From: an uncultured Alphaproteobacteria bacterium
GTDB taxonomy: Bacteria; Pseudomonadota; Alphaproteobacteria; Methylaequorales; Methylaequoraceae
Direction of reading: 5' to 3'
DNA length: 64,000 bases
Assembly (NCBI GenBank): GCA_902537615.1
Contig: CACBBU010000006.1
Location: forward strand, 1,085-65,084
Below the pieces are notes generated by a model that saw only the letters and a program-made list of their open reading frames with translations, made no database searches and was not told the origin of the DNA. This document shows positions 1 through 9,724 of the stretch, piece after piece (the first letter of the stretch is position 1; each line of letters begins with the position of its first letter). The translations under genes and the position numbers were made by a program.

Positions 1-586
1 TTGGTGAAAAATCACCATCCATTGAATAGACAGATTCAAAAATTATTACTTTAGTTTGATTTTTTTCTGCAGCTTGAAGTTTTTTTTCAAGGTCAAATAA
101 ATCATTATGTTTAAAAATTAGTTTTTTGGCACCAGAGTTTTTGATTCCTTGAATCATTGATGCATGATTTTTTTCATCAGATATAAATACACAATCTGGA
201 AGTTTTTTTCCAAGAGTTGATAACGTTGCTTGATTAGCGAGATACCCGGAATTAAAAAGAAGTGCAGATTCTTTTTGATGCAGATAACATAGTTCTCTTT
301 CCAGTAAAACATGATAGTGGTTAGTTCCGGAGATATTTCTTGTGCCTCCTGATCCAGCGCCTACTTTTTTTATTGCGTTAATCATGCTTTCAATAACTGT
401 TATTTTTTGACTCATACCAAGATAGTCATTACTGCACCATACTGTAACTTCAGATACATTATCTTCCTTATAATTTAAGGCTTGAGGAAAATTTCCGGCA
501 ATCTTTTCTAAATCAGCAAAAACTCTGTAGTTACCCTCATCCCTAAGTCTGTTAAGTTCGTCTTTAAAAAATTTATTATAATTCAT
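1..586 (-). CDS. hemA: 5-aminolevulinate synthase, N-terminal ~195 codons (3-prime end lies beyond the left edge)
   Basis: My translation of the minus strand from ATG 586-584 gives MNYNKFFKDELNRLRDEGNYRVFADLEK...VTVWCSNDYLGMSQ...GAGSGGTRNISGT...FESVYSMDGDFSP. This matches the alpha-oxoamine synthase / alphaproteobacterial ALAS pattern. The start overlaps the msrB stop as ATGA. Confidence 0.85.
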   Translation of the reverse strand, partial: MNYNKFFKDELNRLRDEGNYRVFADLEKIAGNFPQALNYKEDNVSEVTVWCSNDYLGMSQKITVIESMINAIKKVGAGSGGTRNISGTNHYHVLLERELCYLHQKESALLFNSGYLANQATLSTLGKKLPDCVFISDEKNHASMIQGIKNSGAKKLIFKHNDLFDLEKKLQAAEKNQTKVIIFESVYSMDGDFSP

Positions 587-972
587 TTTTTTTTAAAATT
601 TATTGCTACTGAGTTAATACAATATCTCTTAGAACTAGGTTTAGGACCATCATCAAAAACATGTCCAAGGTGCGCATCACAGCTTTTGCATCTAACTTCA
701 GTTCTAATCATACCATAGGAATTATCTTGAATGTAGGACAATGAATCGGAATCTAATGTCTCAGAAAAACTTGGCCACCCTGAATTTGATTTAAATTTCT
801 TGTCAGAGTCAAATAAATCCTTATTGCAACAAATACATTGATAAATACCTTTTTCAAAGAAATTGAAGTATTCTCCCGTATAAGGTCCTTCTGTTTTTGC
901 ATTCTGAGTAACTTCAAAGGCGATTTTACTCAGTCTTTTCTGTAAATTATTTTTATTTATAGTCATAATCAA
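583..972 (-). CDS. msrB: peptide-methionine (R)-S-oxide reductase MsrB
   Basis: 129-aa ORF with the SelR/MsrB motifs GWPSF and RYCINS and two cysteine pairs (CICC, CKSC). Confidence 0.9.
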   Translation of the reverse strand: MIMTINKNNLQKRLSKIAFEVTQNAKTEGPYTGEYFNFFEKGIYQCICCNKDLFDSDKKFKSNSGWPSFSETLDSDSLSYIQDNSYGMIRTEVRCKSCDAHLGHVFDDGPKPSSKRYCINSVAINFKKK

Positions 973-1032
973 ATACTCTAGCTATATAATAATTATGTAC
1001 ATTTTTTAAACAAAAAATTAATAATATTTTTT

Positions 1033-2116
1033 ATGATTGCAATATTTGGTTCTGGAATTATCGGTTTATTTATAGCTCACAAACTTCTTAAGCAAGGAAA
1101 ACAAGTAAAAATCTTTGAATATAAAAACAACGAAGGAAATTCAACTGATGCTTCAGTTGGAATGTTAGCGCCTTTGATAGAAGCAAAACCTTATGAAAAA
1201 AAACTTTTTGAACTAATGTTAGAATCAAAAAAAATGTGGGATAATTTTTTGGAAGACAAGAAATTCAAACTTGAGACTGGTTTAAAAAAAAATTCTTCAC
1301 TGGTTATTGCTCAGAATAAAGATGAAGAAGAATCAATTTTTTTTAAAAAAAAATTTATAGAAAAATTAGGTTTTTATCCAAAGATATTAAATTCACAACA
1401 AACACAAAATATTGAACCTAACTTAAATTCAAACATTAAATGCTCACTTTTTGTTGAAAATAATAATCAAACTAATCCAGAATTTTTAAAATTTTATTTA
1501 AAAAGAGAAATAAAAAAAATGGGAGCAGAAATTTTTGTTTACGATCAAATTGATGATATTTGATTCAAGCAAATTATTTTTTAAAAAAAAAAAATTTAAT
1601 TTTGAAAAAATTGTTATTGCATGTGGGGCTTGGAGTAATGATTTTTTAAAAAAAAAAATTGGAATTGAATTTCCTATGAGACCAATAAAAGGTACGTCAA
1701 TGATATTTGAAGCAAAAAAGAAATTATTTAAAAATAACATTTGGTTTAAAAAGATTTACGTTGCACCTAGACATAACAATCAGTTTGCAGTTGGTGCTAC
1801 TGAAGATGAAAAAGGGTTTGAAAAGTTTGTAACATTAGATGAAATTTTTTATTTAAGTACTAGCATGTGGGAATATCTTCCTAAAATTGAAAACTTTAGA
1901 TTTTTAAAAAGTATCTCGGGTTTAAGATCTTTATTAAACGATGGAAATCCTGTAATTGGTAGTTTAGAAAAAAATAAAAAAGTAATTTGTGCTTTTGGTC
2001 ATTTTAGACATGGAATATTATTAGCACCTATTACCGCTGAAATTGTTAGTAATTATGTTTTTGGAGAAAAGATTGATAGAAATTTTTTTTTTTCTCCAAA
2101 TAGATTTAATTTATGA
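1033..2116 (+). pseudogene. thiO: glycine oxidase ThiO (FAD-dependent), reading frame interrupted. N-terminal part 1033..1563, C-terminal part in the +1 frame to 2116.
   Basis: ORF 1033..1563 starts with the FAD fold IAIFGSGIIGLFIAHKL and ends ...KMGAEIFVYDQIDDI-TGA. ORF 1535..2116 carries the rest of a ThiO/DAO enzyme (IVIACGAWS, RPIKG, GHFRHGILLAPITAEIV). Together they give about 355 aa colinear with ThiO, directly upstream of thiS-thiG. Confidence 0.6.
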
Positions 2117-2144
2117 GAATTTAGTTTATTTTAATATTTAGATA

Positions 2145-2366
2145 ATGAGTAAAAAAAAATGTTTTGTTAATGGAGCTTCTTTTACAATCAAAAATTGTGG
2201 TATCCAATTGGAAGATTTAATTACGACTGCTATCGGAAAAAATAAAAACCAGCTTTCTCTTGCTGTAGCAGTTAACAACGAGTTAGTTCAAAAATCAAAT
2301 TGGAAAAATATGGTTATTAAAGACGGTGATGTAATTGAAATTGTACACCCTTTTTTTGGAGGATAA
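2145..2366 (+). CDS. thiS: sulfur carrier protein ThiS
   Basis: 73-aa ORF ending in the ThiS/MoaD-type C-terminal GG (HPFFGG), immediately upstream of thiG. Confidence 0.85.
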   Translation: MSKKKCFVNGASFTIKNCGIQLEDLITTAIGKNKNQLSLAVAVNNELVQKSNWKNMVIKDGDVIEIVHPFFGG

Positions 2367-2373
2367 CCTAATC

Positions 2374-3153
2374 ATGTCTAAAAAAAAAGATGAACTAATT
2401 ATTGGTGGAAAAAAAATTATGTCACGACTTATCATGGGAACGTCACTGTATCCTAATCTTGATGTTTTGAACAAATCACTGGAAGCCTCTGGTACAGAAA
2501 TTATTACAGTATCAATGAGGCGTTTTAACAAAGAGGGGGAGAAATTTTTTTTAAAGGGAATTAAAAATAAATACACATTTTTACCCAATACCGCTGGGTG
2601 TTTTACCAAAAAAGAAGCAGTATTAACAGCAGAACTTTCAAGAGAGTCTTTAAAAACCGATTGGATAAAATTGGAGTTAATAAGTGACAATGAAATGCTT
2701 TTACCTGACCCTTTAGAATTGTTTGCTACTTGTGAAGAATTAGTTAAAAGAAGATTTAAAATATTTGCTTATTGCTCTGATGACCCAATTTTGTGTAAGA
2801 GATTAGAAGAATTAGGTTGTGTAGCTGTTATGCCTTTAATCTCGCCTATCGGATCTGGTCTTGGGATCAGAAATGAACATAACCTTGAGATTATAAGGGG
2901 TATGTGTAAGGGTGTAATTATTGTAGACGCTGGTATAGGAACTCCAAGTCATGCTTGTAGAGTTATGGAGTTAGGTTTTGACGGAGTTTTATTAAATTCT
3001 TCGGTTGCAAGATCCTTTGACCCTATCCAAATGGCTAACGCAATGAGTCTAGCAACAAAAAGTGGAAGGTTGAGTTACCTATCAGGACCAATTGAAAAAA
3101 CAAAAAAAGCAGTTAGAAGTACCCCATTTAGAGGAAAAATTTCAAATTTTTAA
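2374..3153 (+). CDS. thiG: thiazole synthase ThiG
   Basis: ORF 2335..3153. The preferred start is ATG 2374 (MSKKKDELIIGGKK), 8 nt after the thiS stop. Motifs NTAGC, MPLISPIGSGLGI and VDAGIGTPSHA are present. Confidence 0.9.
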   Translation: MSKKKDELIIGGKKIMSRLIMGTSLYPNLDVLNKSLEASGTEIITVSMRRFNKEGEKFFLKGIKNKYTFLPNTAGCFTKKEAVLTAELSRESLKTDWIKLELISDNEMLLPDPLELFATCEELVKRRFKIFAYCSDDPILCKRLEELGCVAVMPLISPIGSGLGIRNEHNLEIIRGMCKGVIIVDAGIGTPSHACRVMELGFDGVLLNSSVARSFDPIQMANAMSLATKSGRLSYLSGPIEKTKKAVRSTPFRGKISNF

Positions 3154-3790
3154 CTCCCATGGAGTTTAAAAAGTTTACAATTAATTGTATTTCATTTTTT
3201 GGGAAAATCTTTTTTAATTTCAACATGTACAAAACATCCTCCCACTTAGCTAAGGAAATTATTTTTATTTTTTTCCCTTTATACTCTAAAAATTCAGTAT
3301 TTATTCCATAGTTGAAAATAACAAAAATGGCTTTAATTCTACCTCCAACTTGTTCAACGGCGTCAATAAAATTATATTTACTTCTACCATCTGTAATTAA
3401 ATCTTCAACAATCAAAACGTTATCTCCTGATTTGATGTCTCCTTCAATTTGTGATTTTTTTCCAAATTTTTTTCTTTCTTTTCTAATGTAGGACAAAGGT
3501 AATTTTAATTTTTGAGCTAATAATGATGCGTATGGTATACCAGCTGACTCGCCCCCAGCAATATTTGAAAGTGAATTAAGTGTTTTATCTAATTTAATTT
3601 TTTTTAAAGCGAAATTTATTAATTTTTCACGCTCGGCTGTGTATGAAATAATTTTCCTACAATCACAGTAAACAATACTTTTTCGTCCAGATGTTAATTG
3701 GAATTTTTTCTTCAAACTAAATTCAATACATTTTTTTCTAAGAAGAATACTTGCTGTTTCACCTGAAATTTTTTTTTCAATATTTGTCAT
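3128..3790 (-). CDS. pyrE: orotate phosphoribosyltransferase
   Basis: 220-aa ORF with the PRTase PRPP loop VLIVEDLITDGRS. Its 3-prime end overlaps the thiG 3-prime end by 26 nt. Confidence 0.8.
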   Translation of the reverse strand: MTNIEKKISGETASILLRKKCIEFSLKKKFQLTSGRKSIVYCDCRKIISYTAEREKLINFALKKIKLDKTLNSLSNIAGGESAGIPYASLLAQKLKLPLSYIRKERKKFGKKSQIEGDIKSGDNVLIVEDLITDGRSKYNFIDAVEQVGGRIKAIFVIFNYGINTEFLEYKGKKIKIISLAKWEDVLYMLKLKKIFPKNEIQLIVNFLNSMGVKNLKFFL

Positions 3791-3844
3791 AGGGAATATG
3801 GAAATAATTATATAGAATAATTTTAAAAACTATAAATAATTTTT

Positions 3845-4246
3845 ATGCTTACAAATATATTACCATTTCTTTTGGAATGGATTACAATTAATACTCATTA
3901 CGATGCTAGTATTTTTAATTTTAAAGTTATTGAGCTTTCAAAAAACGAACTTCAGAATTTAGCATGTGGGGGGAAATGTCCAATTATTGCTTTTTTTAGC
4001 CCTGAAAGGGGTATATTAATTTCAAAATTAGATTTTGAAAATATATGTAACCAGTCAATCTTACTTCATGAGATTATTCATGCATTACAATATTTAAGTG
4101 AGTCTAATTTAGTAGATGCATTTAAAGAAAAAGAAGCTTATCAAATACAAAATAAATTTTTGATGGAAATTTCAATAAAAGAGGAATTGATTGATTCTTT
4201 GAATTTAAAAAAATGTAGATCATTACAATTAAATACATTAATGTAG
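3845..4246 (+). CDS. hypothetical small protein with an HExxH motif
   Basis: 133-aa ORF filling the pyrE-fhs gap. It has a single [10 protein letters not shown] (HExxH) motif and I recognise no family. Confidence 0.5.
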   Translation: MLTNILPFLLEWITINTHYDASIFNFKVIELSKNELQNLACGGKCPIIAFFSPERGILISKLDFENICNQSILLHEIIHALQYLSESNLVDAFKEKEAYQIQNKFLMEISIKEELIDSLNLKKCRSLQLNTLM

Positions 4247-4251
4247 TACCT

Positions 4252-5934
4252 ATGTCAGACTATAAAACAGATTTAGAAATAGCCAGAGAGGCCAACAAAA
4301 AACCAATTATTGATTTGGCTAAAGAAAAATTGTCAATAAGTGATCAGGACTTAATTCCTTATGGTCATTATAAAGCAAAAATTAGTTCTAATTTTTTAGA
4401 TAAAGTTGAAAATGAAAAAGATGGTAAATTGATTCTTGTGACAGCCATGACACCAACCACAGCGGGCGAGGGTAAAACAACAACCTCTGTGGGACTAAAT
4501 GATGGCTTAAATTTTATTGGAAAGAAATCAATGGTCGCATTAAGAGAACCAAGTTTAGGACCATGTTTTGGTATGAAGGGTGGTGCAGCTGGGGGAGGTT
4601 ATGCTCAGGTCGTCCCAATGGAGGACATAAACCTCCATTTTACTGGCGACTTTCATGCTATCACCTCAGCTCATATGCTTTTATCTGCAATGGTAGATAA
4701 TCACGTTTATTGGAACCTTGAACCGAAAATAGATCCTAGAAGAATAACATGGCGAAGAGTTGTAGATATGAACGATAGGGCTCTTCGCTCAATCGTCAAT
4801 TCTCTTGGAGGAATACCAAATGGTTATCCAAGAGAAGATGGCTTTGACATAACAGTTGCCTCTGAAATTATGGCCATTTTGTGTCTATCACAAAACTTTG
4901 AGGATTTAACTCATAGACTTGGAAAAATTATTATTGGTTATACTAGGGATCTTGAACCAATTTATTGCAAGGACATTAAGGCCGATGGTGCTATGTCCGT
5001 ACTTTTAAAAGATGCACTTCAGCCTAATTTGGTTCAAACATTAGAAAATAACCCTGCATTCATTCACGGTGGACCTTTTGCTAACATAGCTCACGGTTGC
5101 AATACTGTTATAGCTACGAAAACTGCACTCAAACTTGCCGACTACGTTGTTACAGAAGCTGGATTCGGTGCAGACCTTGGTGCGGAGAAATTTTTAAATA
5201 TTAAATGTAGAAAAGCAGGTTTGTCTCCAGTTTGTGCAGTTGTTGTGGCTACAGTTAGGGCTTTAAAACTGCATGGTAACGCTGACCCAAAGAATCTTGG
5301 TGAAGAAAATTTGTCAGCACTTGAATCAGGTTTACCAAATTTATTGAGGCATTTAGAAAATTTAAATAAATTTGGGTTATCTACTGTTGTTGCATTGAAC
5401 AGGTTTCCTACTGACTCTGAAAAGGAGATAGAAAAAGTTCAACAAGTTTGTAGTGATAATGGAGTTAATGCTGTTCTTGCTGAACATTGGGCAAATGGAG
5501 GAAAAGGTGCATCAAAACTTGCTGAAACTGTGATTGAAAATATTGATAGTAAAAAATCATCACTTAAATTCCTTTATGATGACAACGAAACCCCTGAAGA
5601 GAAAATAAAAAAAGTTGCTGTTGAAATTTACAGGGCATCAGATATTTCATTTTCACCTCAGGCAAAGAAAAAGCTAAAAGAAATATCTGATCTTGGTTAT
5701 GATAACTTTCCAGTTTGCATGGCAAAAACCCAGTATAGCTTTAGTACAGATCCTTCCAATAAATGTGCACCAGAGGGTCACAGTATTCAAATTAGAGAGA
5801 TAAGACTTTCAGCAGGGGCAGAGTTTATAGTTGCAATAGCAGGTGATATTATGACAATGCCTGGGTTACCCAAGAAGCCTGCAGCCTATGAAGTTTGTAT
5901 AGGTACTGATGGTAATATTAAAGGTTTATTCTAG
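4252..5934 (+). CDS. fhs: formate-tetrahydrofolate ligase
   Basis: 560-aa ORF with the P-loop [15 protein letters not shown] and full-length FTHFS similarity. Confidence 0.95.
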   Translation: MSDYKTDLEIAREANKKPIIDLAKEKLSISDQDLIPYGHYKAKISSNFLDKVENEKDGKLILVTAMTPTTAGEGKTTTSVGLNDGLNFIGKKSMVALREPSLGPCFGMKGGAAGGGYAQVVPMEDINLHFTGDFHAITSAHMLLSAMVDNHVYWNLEPKIDPRRITWRRVVDMNDRALRSIVNSLGGIPNGYPREDGFDITVASEIMAILCLSQNFEDLTHRLGKIIIGYTRDLEPIYCKDIKADGAMSVLLKDALQPNLVQTLENNPAFIHGGPFANIAHGCNTVIATKTALKLADYVVTEAGFGADLGAEKFLNIKCRKAGLSPVCAVVVATVRALKLHGNADPKNLGEENLSALESGLPNLLRHLENLNKFGLSTVVALNRFPTDSEKEIEKVQQVCSDNGVNAVLAEHWANGGKGASKLAETVIENIDSKKSSLKFLYDDNETPEEKIKKVAVEIYRASDISFSPQAKKKLKEISDLGYDNFPVCMAKTQYSFSTDPSNKCAPEGHSIQIREIRLSAGAEFIVAIAGDIMTMPGLPKKPAAYEVCIGTDGNIKGLF

Positions 5935-7047
5935 AAGAGATTTATAAACCTTTCTAAATTCTTTAACTACAAGTTCATTAGCAAAGTTTTTTATAATATG
6001 ATTTCTGCTATTTTTACCAAACCTATTCATCAACTTCTGGTTAAAGACTAACTTTTCAATAGCCTTTGCCAATGATACTGAATCTTTAGGTTTGACAAGA
6101 AAACCATTAAATTTATCTATACAAATTTCTTTACAACCAGGTACATTGGTTGAAATGATGGGTAACTCACAACTTGCAGCCTCCAAAAGACCTCTCGGAA
6201 GGCCTTCTCGGTATGATGGTAGTATTGCTATTTTTGATTTTTGCAAATAAGGAAGAACATTCTCTACCCTAGGTTTCCAAATTATTATGTTGCTGTCATT
6301 CCATTTGTGTAATTTTTTAAGACTTACAGATGAAAAATTTTTTTGATCAGGATTTCCAAGTACGAGTGTTTTGAGGATAATTTTTTTCTTTTGGAGTTTT
6401 TTTAATGCATCAATTAATTCATGTATTCCTTTATCTTTTAGAATTCTTGAATGAAATATTAAATCATATATTTTTTTATTTTTGCTTTTTTTAAAAAAAT
6501 TTATGTCAACACCTGATCCTTTTATTATTTTTGAGTTTTTATTCCTTATAACTCCTTTTTTTTTAAAAAGTTTAAGATCATCTAAATTTTGAAAAACATA
6601 GGAGATATTTTTCAAGGTGAAGGCCTTTAATAAAAAAAAGTAAACTCCTCTTACGATATTTGAAAAAAAATTTCTATTTATAACTAAAAACCCAACACCA
6701 ACAACGCAACATAATATTTTTATTTTTTTGTTAAAAAAACATGCCATTGAAGTTAATAGAATTGGTTTTAAAGCAAAGCATTGAATAATATTTGGTTTGA
6801 AGTTACGAATAATTTTTAATAACTTTACTAAGCATTTTAAGTTATTAAATGGATTTACAGACTTACGATCAAGACAAATATTTTGCGTTTTAAAGCCTTC
6901 TGCCCTTATTCTATTTTCATACTTAGTAAAGTTACAAATTACCATTACATCAAATTTATTTTTTAAAGCATCTTTTGCTTGAAAAATTTTATGAGACAAA
7001 AAATATTCATCTTCACTTACAAAATATAAAAGTTTATATTTTTTCAT
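5926..7047 (-). CDS. glycosyltransferase family 4 (GT-B, group 1)
   Basis: 373-aa ORF with the C-terminal motif [27 protein letters not shown], typical of Glycos_transf_1. Confidence 0.8.
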   Translation of the reverse strand: MKKYKLLYFVSEDEYFLSHKIFQAKDALKNKFDVMVICNFTKYENRIRAEGFKTQNICLDRKSVNPFNNLKCLVKLLKIIRNFKPNIIQCFALKPILLTSMACFFNKKIKILCCVVGVGFLVINRNFFSNIVRGVYFFLLKAFTLKNISYVFQNLDDLKLFKKKGVIRNKNSKIIKGSGVDINFFKKSKNKKIYDLIFHSRILKDKGIHELIDALKKLQKKKIILKTLVLGNPDQKNFSSVSLKKLHKWNDSNIIIWKPRVENVLPYLQKSKIAILPSYREGLPRGLLEAASCELPIISTNVPGCKEICIDKFNGFLVKPKDSVSLAKAIEKLVFNQKLMNRFGKNSRNHIIKNFANELVVKEFRKVYKSLLE

Positions 7048-7059
7048 AAGGGATATTTT

Positions 7060-7506
7060 ATGGTTTTTTATCTTATTGCAGCAATAGTCATATTAACTAT
7101 ATTAGTTTATATAGTTACTGAATTAATTCATCTACCTAAAAAAAAATTTAAAAATTATTTAAAATTTTTTTTTCTTATAATTATTATTTGTATCGTTTTA
7201 TTCATGATGAGGTTTTTCCCAGCAGTAATAACTTCAATTCCTGCAATATTTTTAATACTTTTTAGATGGGGTAATTTTATAAACTTTATTGCTAAGGTTT
7301 TTTTAAGAAACAGAAGCCAAATTTTTAAAAAAGAAGCTATGACAAAAAAAGAGGCCTTAGAAATTCTTGGATTAGATGAGGGTGCATCAAAGGAAGATAT
7401 TATAAAGAGTCATCAAAAGTTAATTAAAAAAAATCATCCTGATATCGGTGGGTCGGATTGGATAACCAAAAAATTAAACAAAGCAAGAGATATTCTTTTA
7501 GGTTGA
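7060..7506 (+). CDS. membrane-anchored J-domain protein (Tim14/Pam18-like)
   Basis: 148-aa ORF with two or three N-terminal hydrophobic helices and a C-terminal J domain: MTKKEALEILGL...HQKLIKKNHPDIGGSDWITKKLNKARDILLG, including the HPD motif. Confidence 0.8.
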   Translation: MVFYLIAAIVILTILVYIVTELIHLPKKKFKNYLKFFFLIIIICIVLFMMRFFPAVITSIPAIFLILFRWGNFINFIAKVFLRNRSQIFKKEAMTKKEALEILGLDEGASKEDIIKSHQKLIKKNHPDIGGSDWITKKLNKARDILLG

Positions 7507-7538
7507 GATTTTTTATTTTTTTAGTAACTTCATAAATC

Positions 7539-8408
7539 ATGAAACATTCAATTTCAAAAGCAGTTTTTCCAATTGCTGGACTTGGAACAAGATTTTTGCC
7601 TGCAACAAAGTCAGTTCCCAAAGAGATGTTAACTATTCTTGATAGACCAATTATTGAATGGGCTGTAATTGAAGCTTCCAAATCTGGAATAGAAGAAATG
7701 ATTTTTGTTACATCTTCTAGAAAAAATATAGTGCTTGAACATTTTGAAAAATCGGAAATGTTGGAGTTAAATTTAAAAAAAAAAAAAAAAATAGATAAAA
7801 TTAAGCTTATTGAATCGCAAAACCAACTTGGGAAGTTTTCTCTTGTAATTCAGGATGAACCAAAGGGACTTGGTCATGCTGTTTGTTGTGCCAGTAATTT
7901 TTTTAATGAAGATCAAAGCTTTGCAGTAATTCTTCCTGATGACTTAATTTTATCAAAAACACCAGCTATTAAACAATTAATTGAGATATATAAAAAGACA
8001 AATGGTGGTTCGGTCATTGGTCTTGAAAAGGTACCTGTTAATAAAGTTTCAAACTATGGAGTTATTGAATATAAAAAAAAAAACAAAAATTTTTTAACAG
8101 TGTCAGGTGTTGTTGAAAAACCAAAAAAAAGCGAGGCACCTTCAAATCTTTCAATAGTTGGAAGATACATACTAAACTCAAAAATTTTTCAGTCCCTTAA
8201 ACTTGGAAAAAAAGGATTTGGGAATGAAATTCAATTAACAGATAGTTTAGTTTCTCTGATGGATTCACCTGGACTGTACGCAACAGAATTTGATGGTAAA
8301 AGGTTTGATTGTGGAAGCAAGTTGGGTTTTATTGAAGCCAATGTCAATTTTGGAATTAATGACAATGAAATTAATAAAAACTTAAGACAAATTATTAAAA
8401 AATTATGA
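7539..8408 (+). CDS. galU: UTP-glucose-1-phosphate uridylyltransferase
   Basis: N-terminal KAVFPIAGLGTRFLPATKSVPKEML signature; 289 aa. Confidence 0.9.
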   Translation: MKHSISKAVFPIAGLGTRFLPATKSVPKEMLTILDRPIIEWAVIEASKSGIEEMIFVTSSRKNIVLEHFEKSEMLELNLKKKKKIDKIKLIESQNQLGKFSLVIQDEPKGLGHAVCCASNFFNEDQSFAVILPDDLILSKTPAIKQLIEIYKKTNGGSVIGLEKVPVNKVSNYGVIEYKKKNKNFLTVSGVVEKPKKSEAPSNLSIVGRYILNSKIFQSLKLGKKGFGNEIQLTDSLVSLMDSPGLYATEFDGKRFDCGSKLGFIEANVNFGINDNEINKNLRQIIKKL

Positions 8409-9724
8409 AGATTACTATTATAGGCACAGGGTATGTTGGACTTGTTTCAGGAACTTGTTTTGCTGAATTTGGAGTAAATGTAACATGTGTTGATAAAGAT
8501 ATTAATAAAATTAATAATCTAAAAAAAGGTATTATTCCAATTTTTGAACCTGGTCTTGATGAACTTGTAAAAAAAAATATATCTTCAAAGAGGTTATTTT
8601 TTGAAACAAATTTAAAACAATCCATTAAAGGATCGGATGCTATTTTTATTGCAGTAGGAACACCTTCTAGAAAACTTGATGGTCATGCTGACTTGAGTTT
8701 TGTTTATACAGTAGCCGAAGAAATAGCTGAGTTTCTTGATCAATATTCTGTAATTGTAAACAAATCAACTGTTCCAATAGGTACAGGTAAAAAAGTTTAT
8801 GAAATAATAAAAAAAAAAAATCCTAAACTTGATTTTGACGTTGCATCTAACCCAGAGTTTTTAAGAGAAGGTTCTGCAATTAGTGATTTCATGAGACCTG
8901 ATAGGGTTGTTATAGGCTGCGACAGTAAAAAAGCAAAAGCAATTTTAAAAGAACTTTACAGACCATTATATCTTCTAGAAACACCGATTATTTTTACTCA
9001 AAGAGAAACAGCTGAATTAATAAAATATGCTGCAAATTCATTTCTTGCTACAAAGATAACATTTATTAATGAAATTTCCGATTTATGCGAAAAAGTTGGA
9101 GCTAATGTAAGTGATGTCTCAATTGGTATTGGTTTGGATGGGAGAATTGGTAAAAAGTTTCTTCACCCTGGGCCTGGTTATGGAGGGTCATGTTTTCCTA
9201 AGGATACTTTAGCTTTAGTTAAAACAGCTAAAGACAACGGTTCACCGTTGAATTTAATTGAGCATGTTGTAAAAAGTAACAAAGATAGAAAAAAAAATAT
9301 GTATAAAAGAATACTCTATGCTTTAGGTGACTATGAAAAAAAAAAAATTTCAATTCTTGGTCTTACTTTTAAGCCTAATACTGATGACATGAGGGATAGT
9401 CCAAGCCTAGACCTTATACCAGAACTTGTTAAAAATAATTGCTTTTTGAAACTTTTTGACCCTGAGGGTATGAAGGAAGCAAAAATACTTTTTAAAAAAT
9501 TTGATAAGAATATTGAATGGTGTAACGACTCATATGATGCATGTCATAAGGCTGATGCTTTGGTTATTCTTACTGAATGGAATCAATTTAGGGCTTTAGA
9601 TTTGAAAAAACTCAAAAGGTTGCTTAATAGTCCAATAATAATTGATCTAAGAAATATTTATAATCCACAGGAGATTAAAAATATGGGTTTCAAATACTTT
9701 TCGCTAGGTAGAAATTTTGACTAA
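8405..9724 (+). CDS. ugd: UDP-glucose 6-dehydrogenase
   Basis: MKITIIGTGYVGLVSGTCFAEFG Rossmann start and catalytic GGSCFPKD. The start overlaps the galU stop by 4 nt. Confidence 0.9.
   Translation: MKITIIGTGYVGLVSGTCFAEFGVNVTCVDKDINKINNLKKGIIPIFEPGLDELVKKNISSKRLFFETNLKQSIKGSDAIFIAVGTPSRKLDGHADLSFVYTVAEEIAEFLDQYSVIVNKSTVPIGTGKKVYEIIKKKNPKLDFDVASNPEFLREGSAISDFMRPDRVVIGCDSKKAKAILKELYRPLYLLETPIIFTQRETAELIKYAANSFLATKITFINEISDLCEKVGANVSDVSIGIGLDGRIGKKFLHPGPGYGGSCFPKDTLALVKTAKDNGSPLNLIEHVVKSNKDRKKNMYKRILYALGDYEKKKISILGLTFKPNTDDMRDSPSLDLIPELVKNNCFLKLFDPEGMKEAKILFKKFDKNIEWCNDSYDACHKADALVILTEWNQFRALDLKKLKRLLNSPIIIDLRNIYNPQEIKNMGFKYFSLGRNFD

Noticed and set aside
973-1032. Possible TPP riboswitch upstream of thiO
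   Set aside because: The spacer is only 60 nt of almost pure A/T. That is too short, and it lacks the conserved CUGAGA/ACCUGA-type core of a THI element.
1498-2690. Minus-strand ORFs 1498..1740 and 2295..2690
   Set aside because: They are antisense to thiO and to thiS/thiG, and are F/L/I/N-rich with no motifs.
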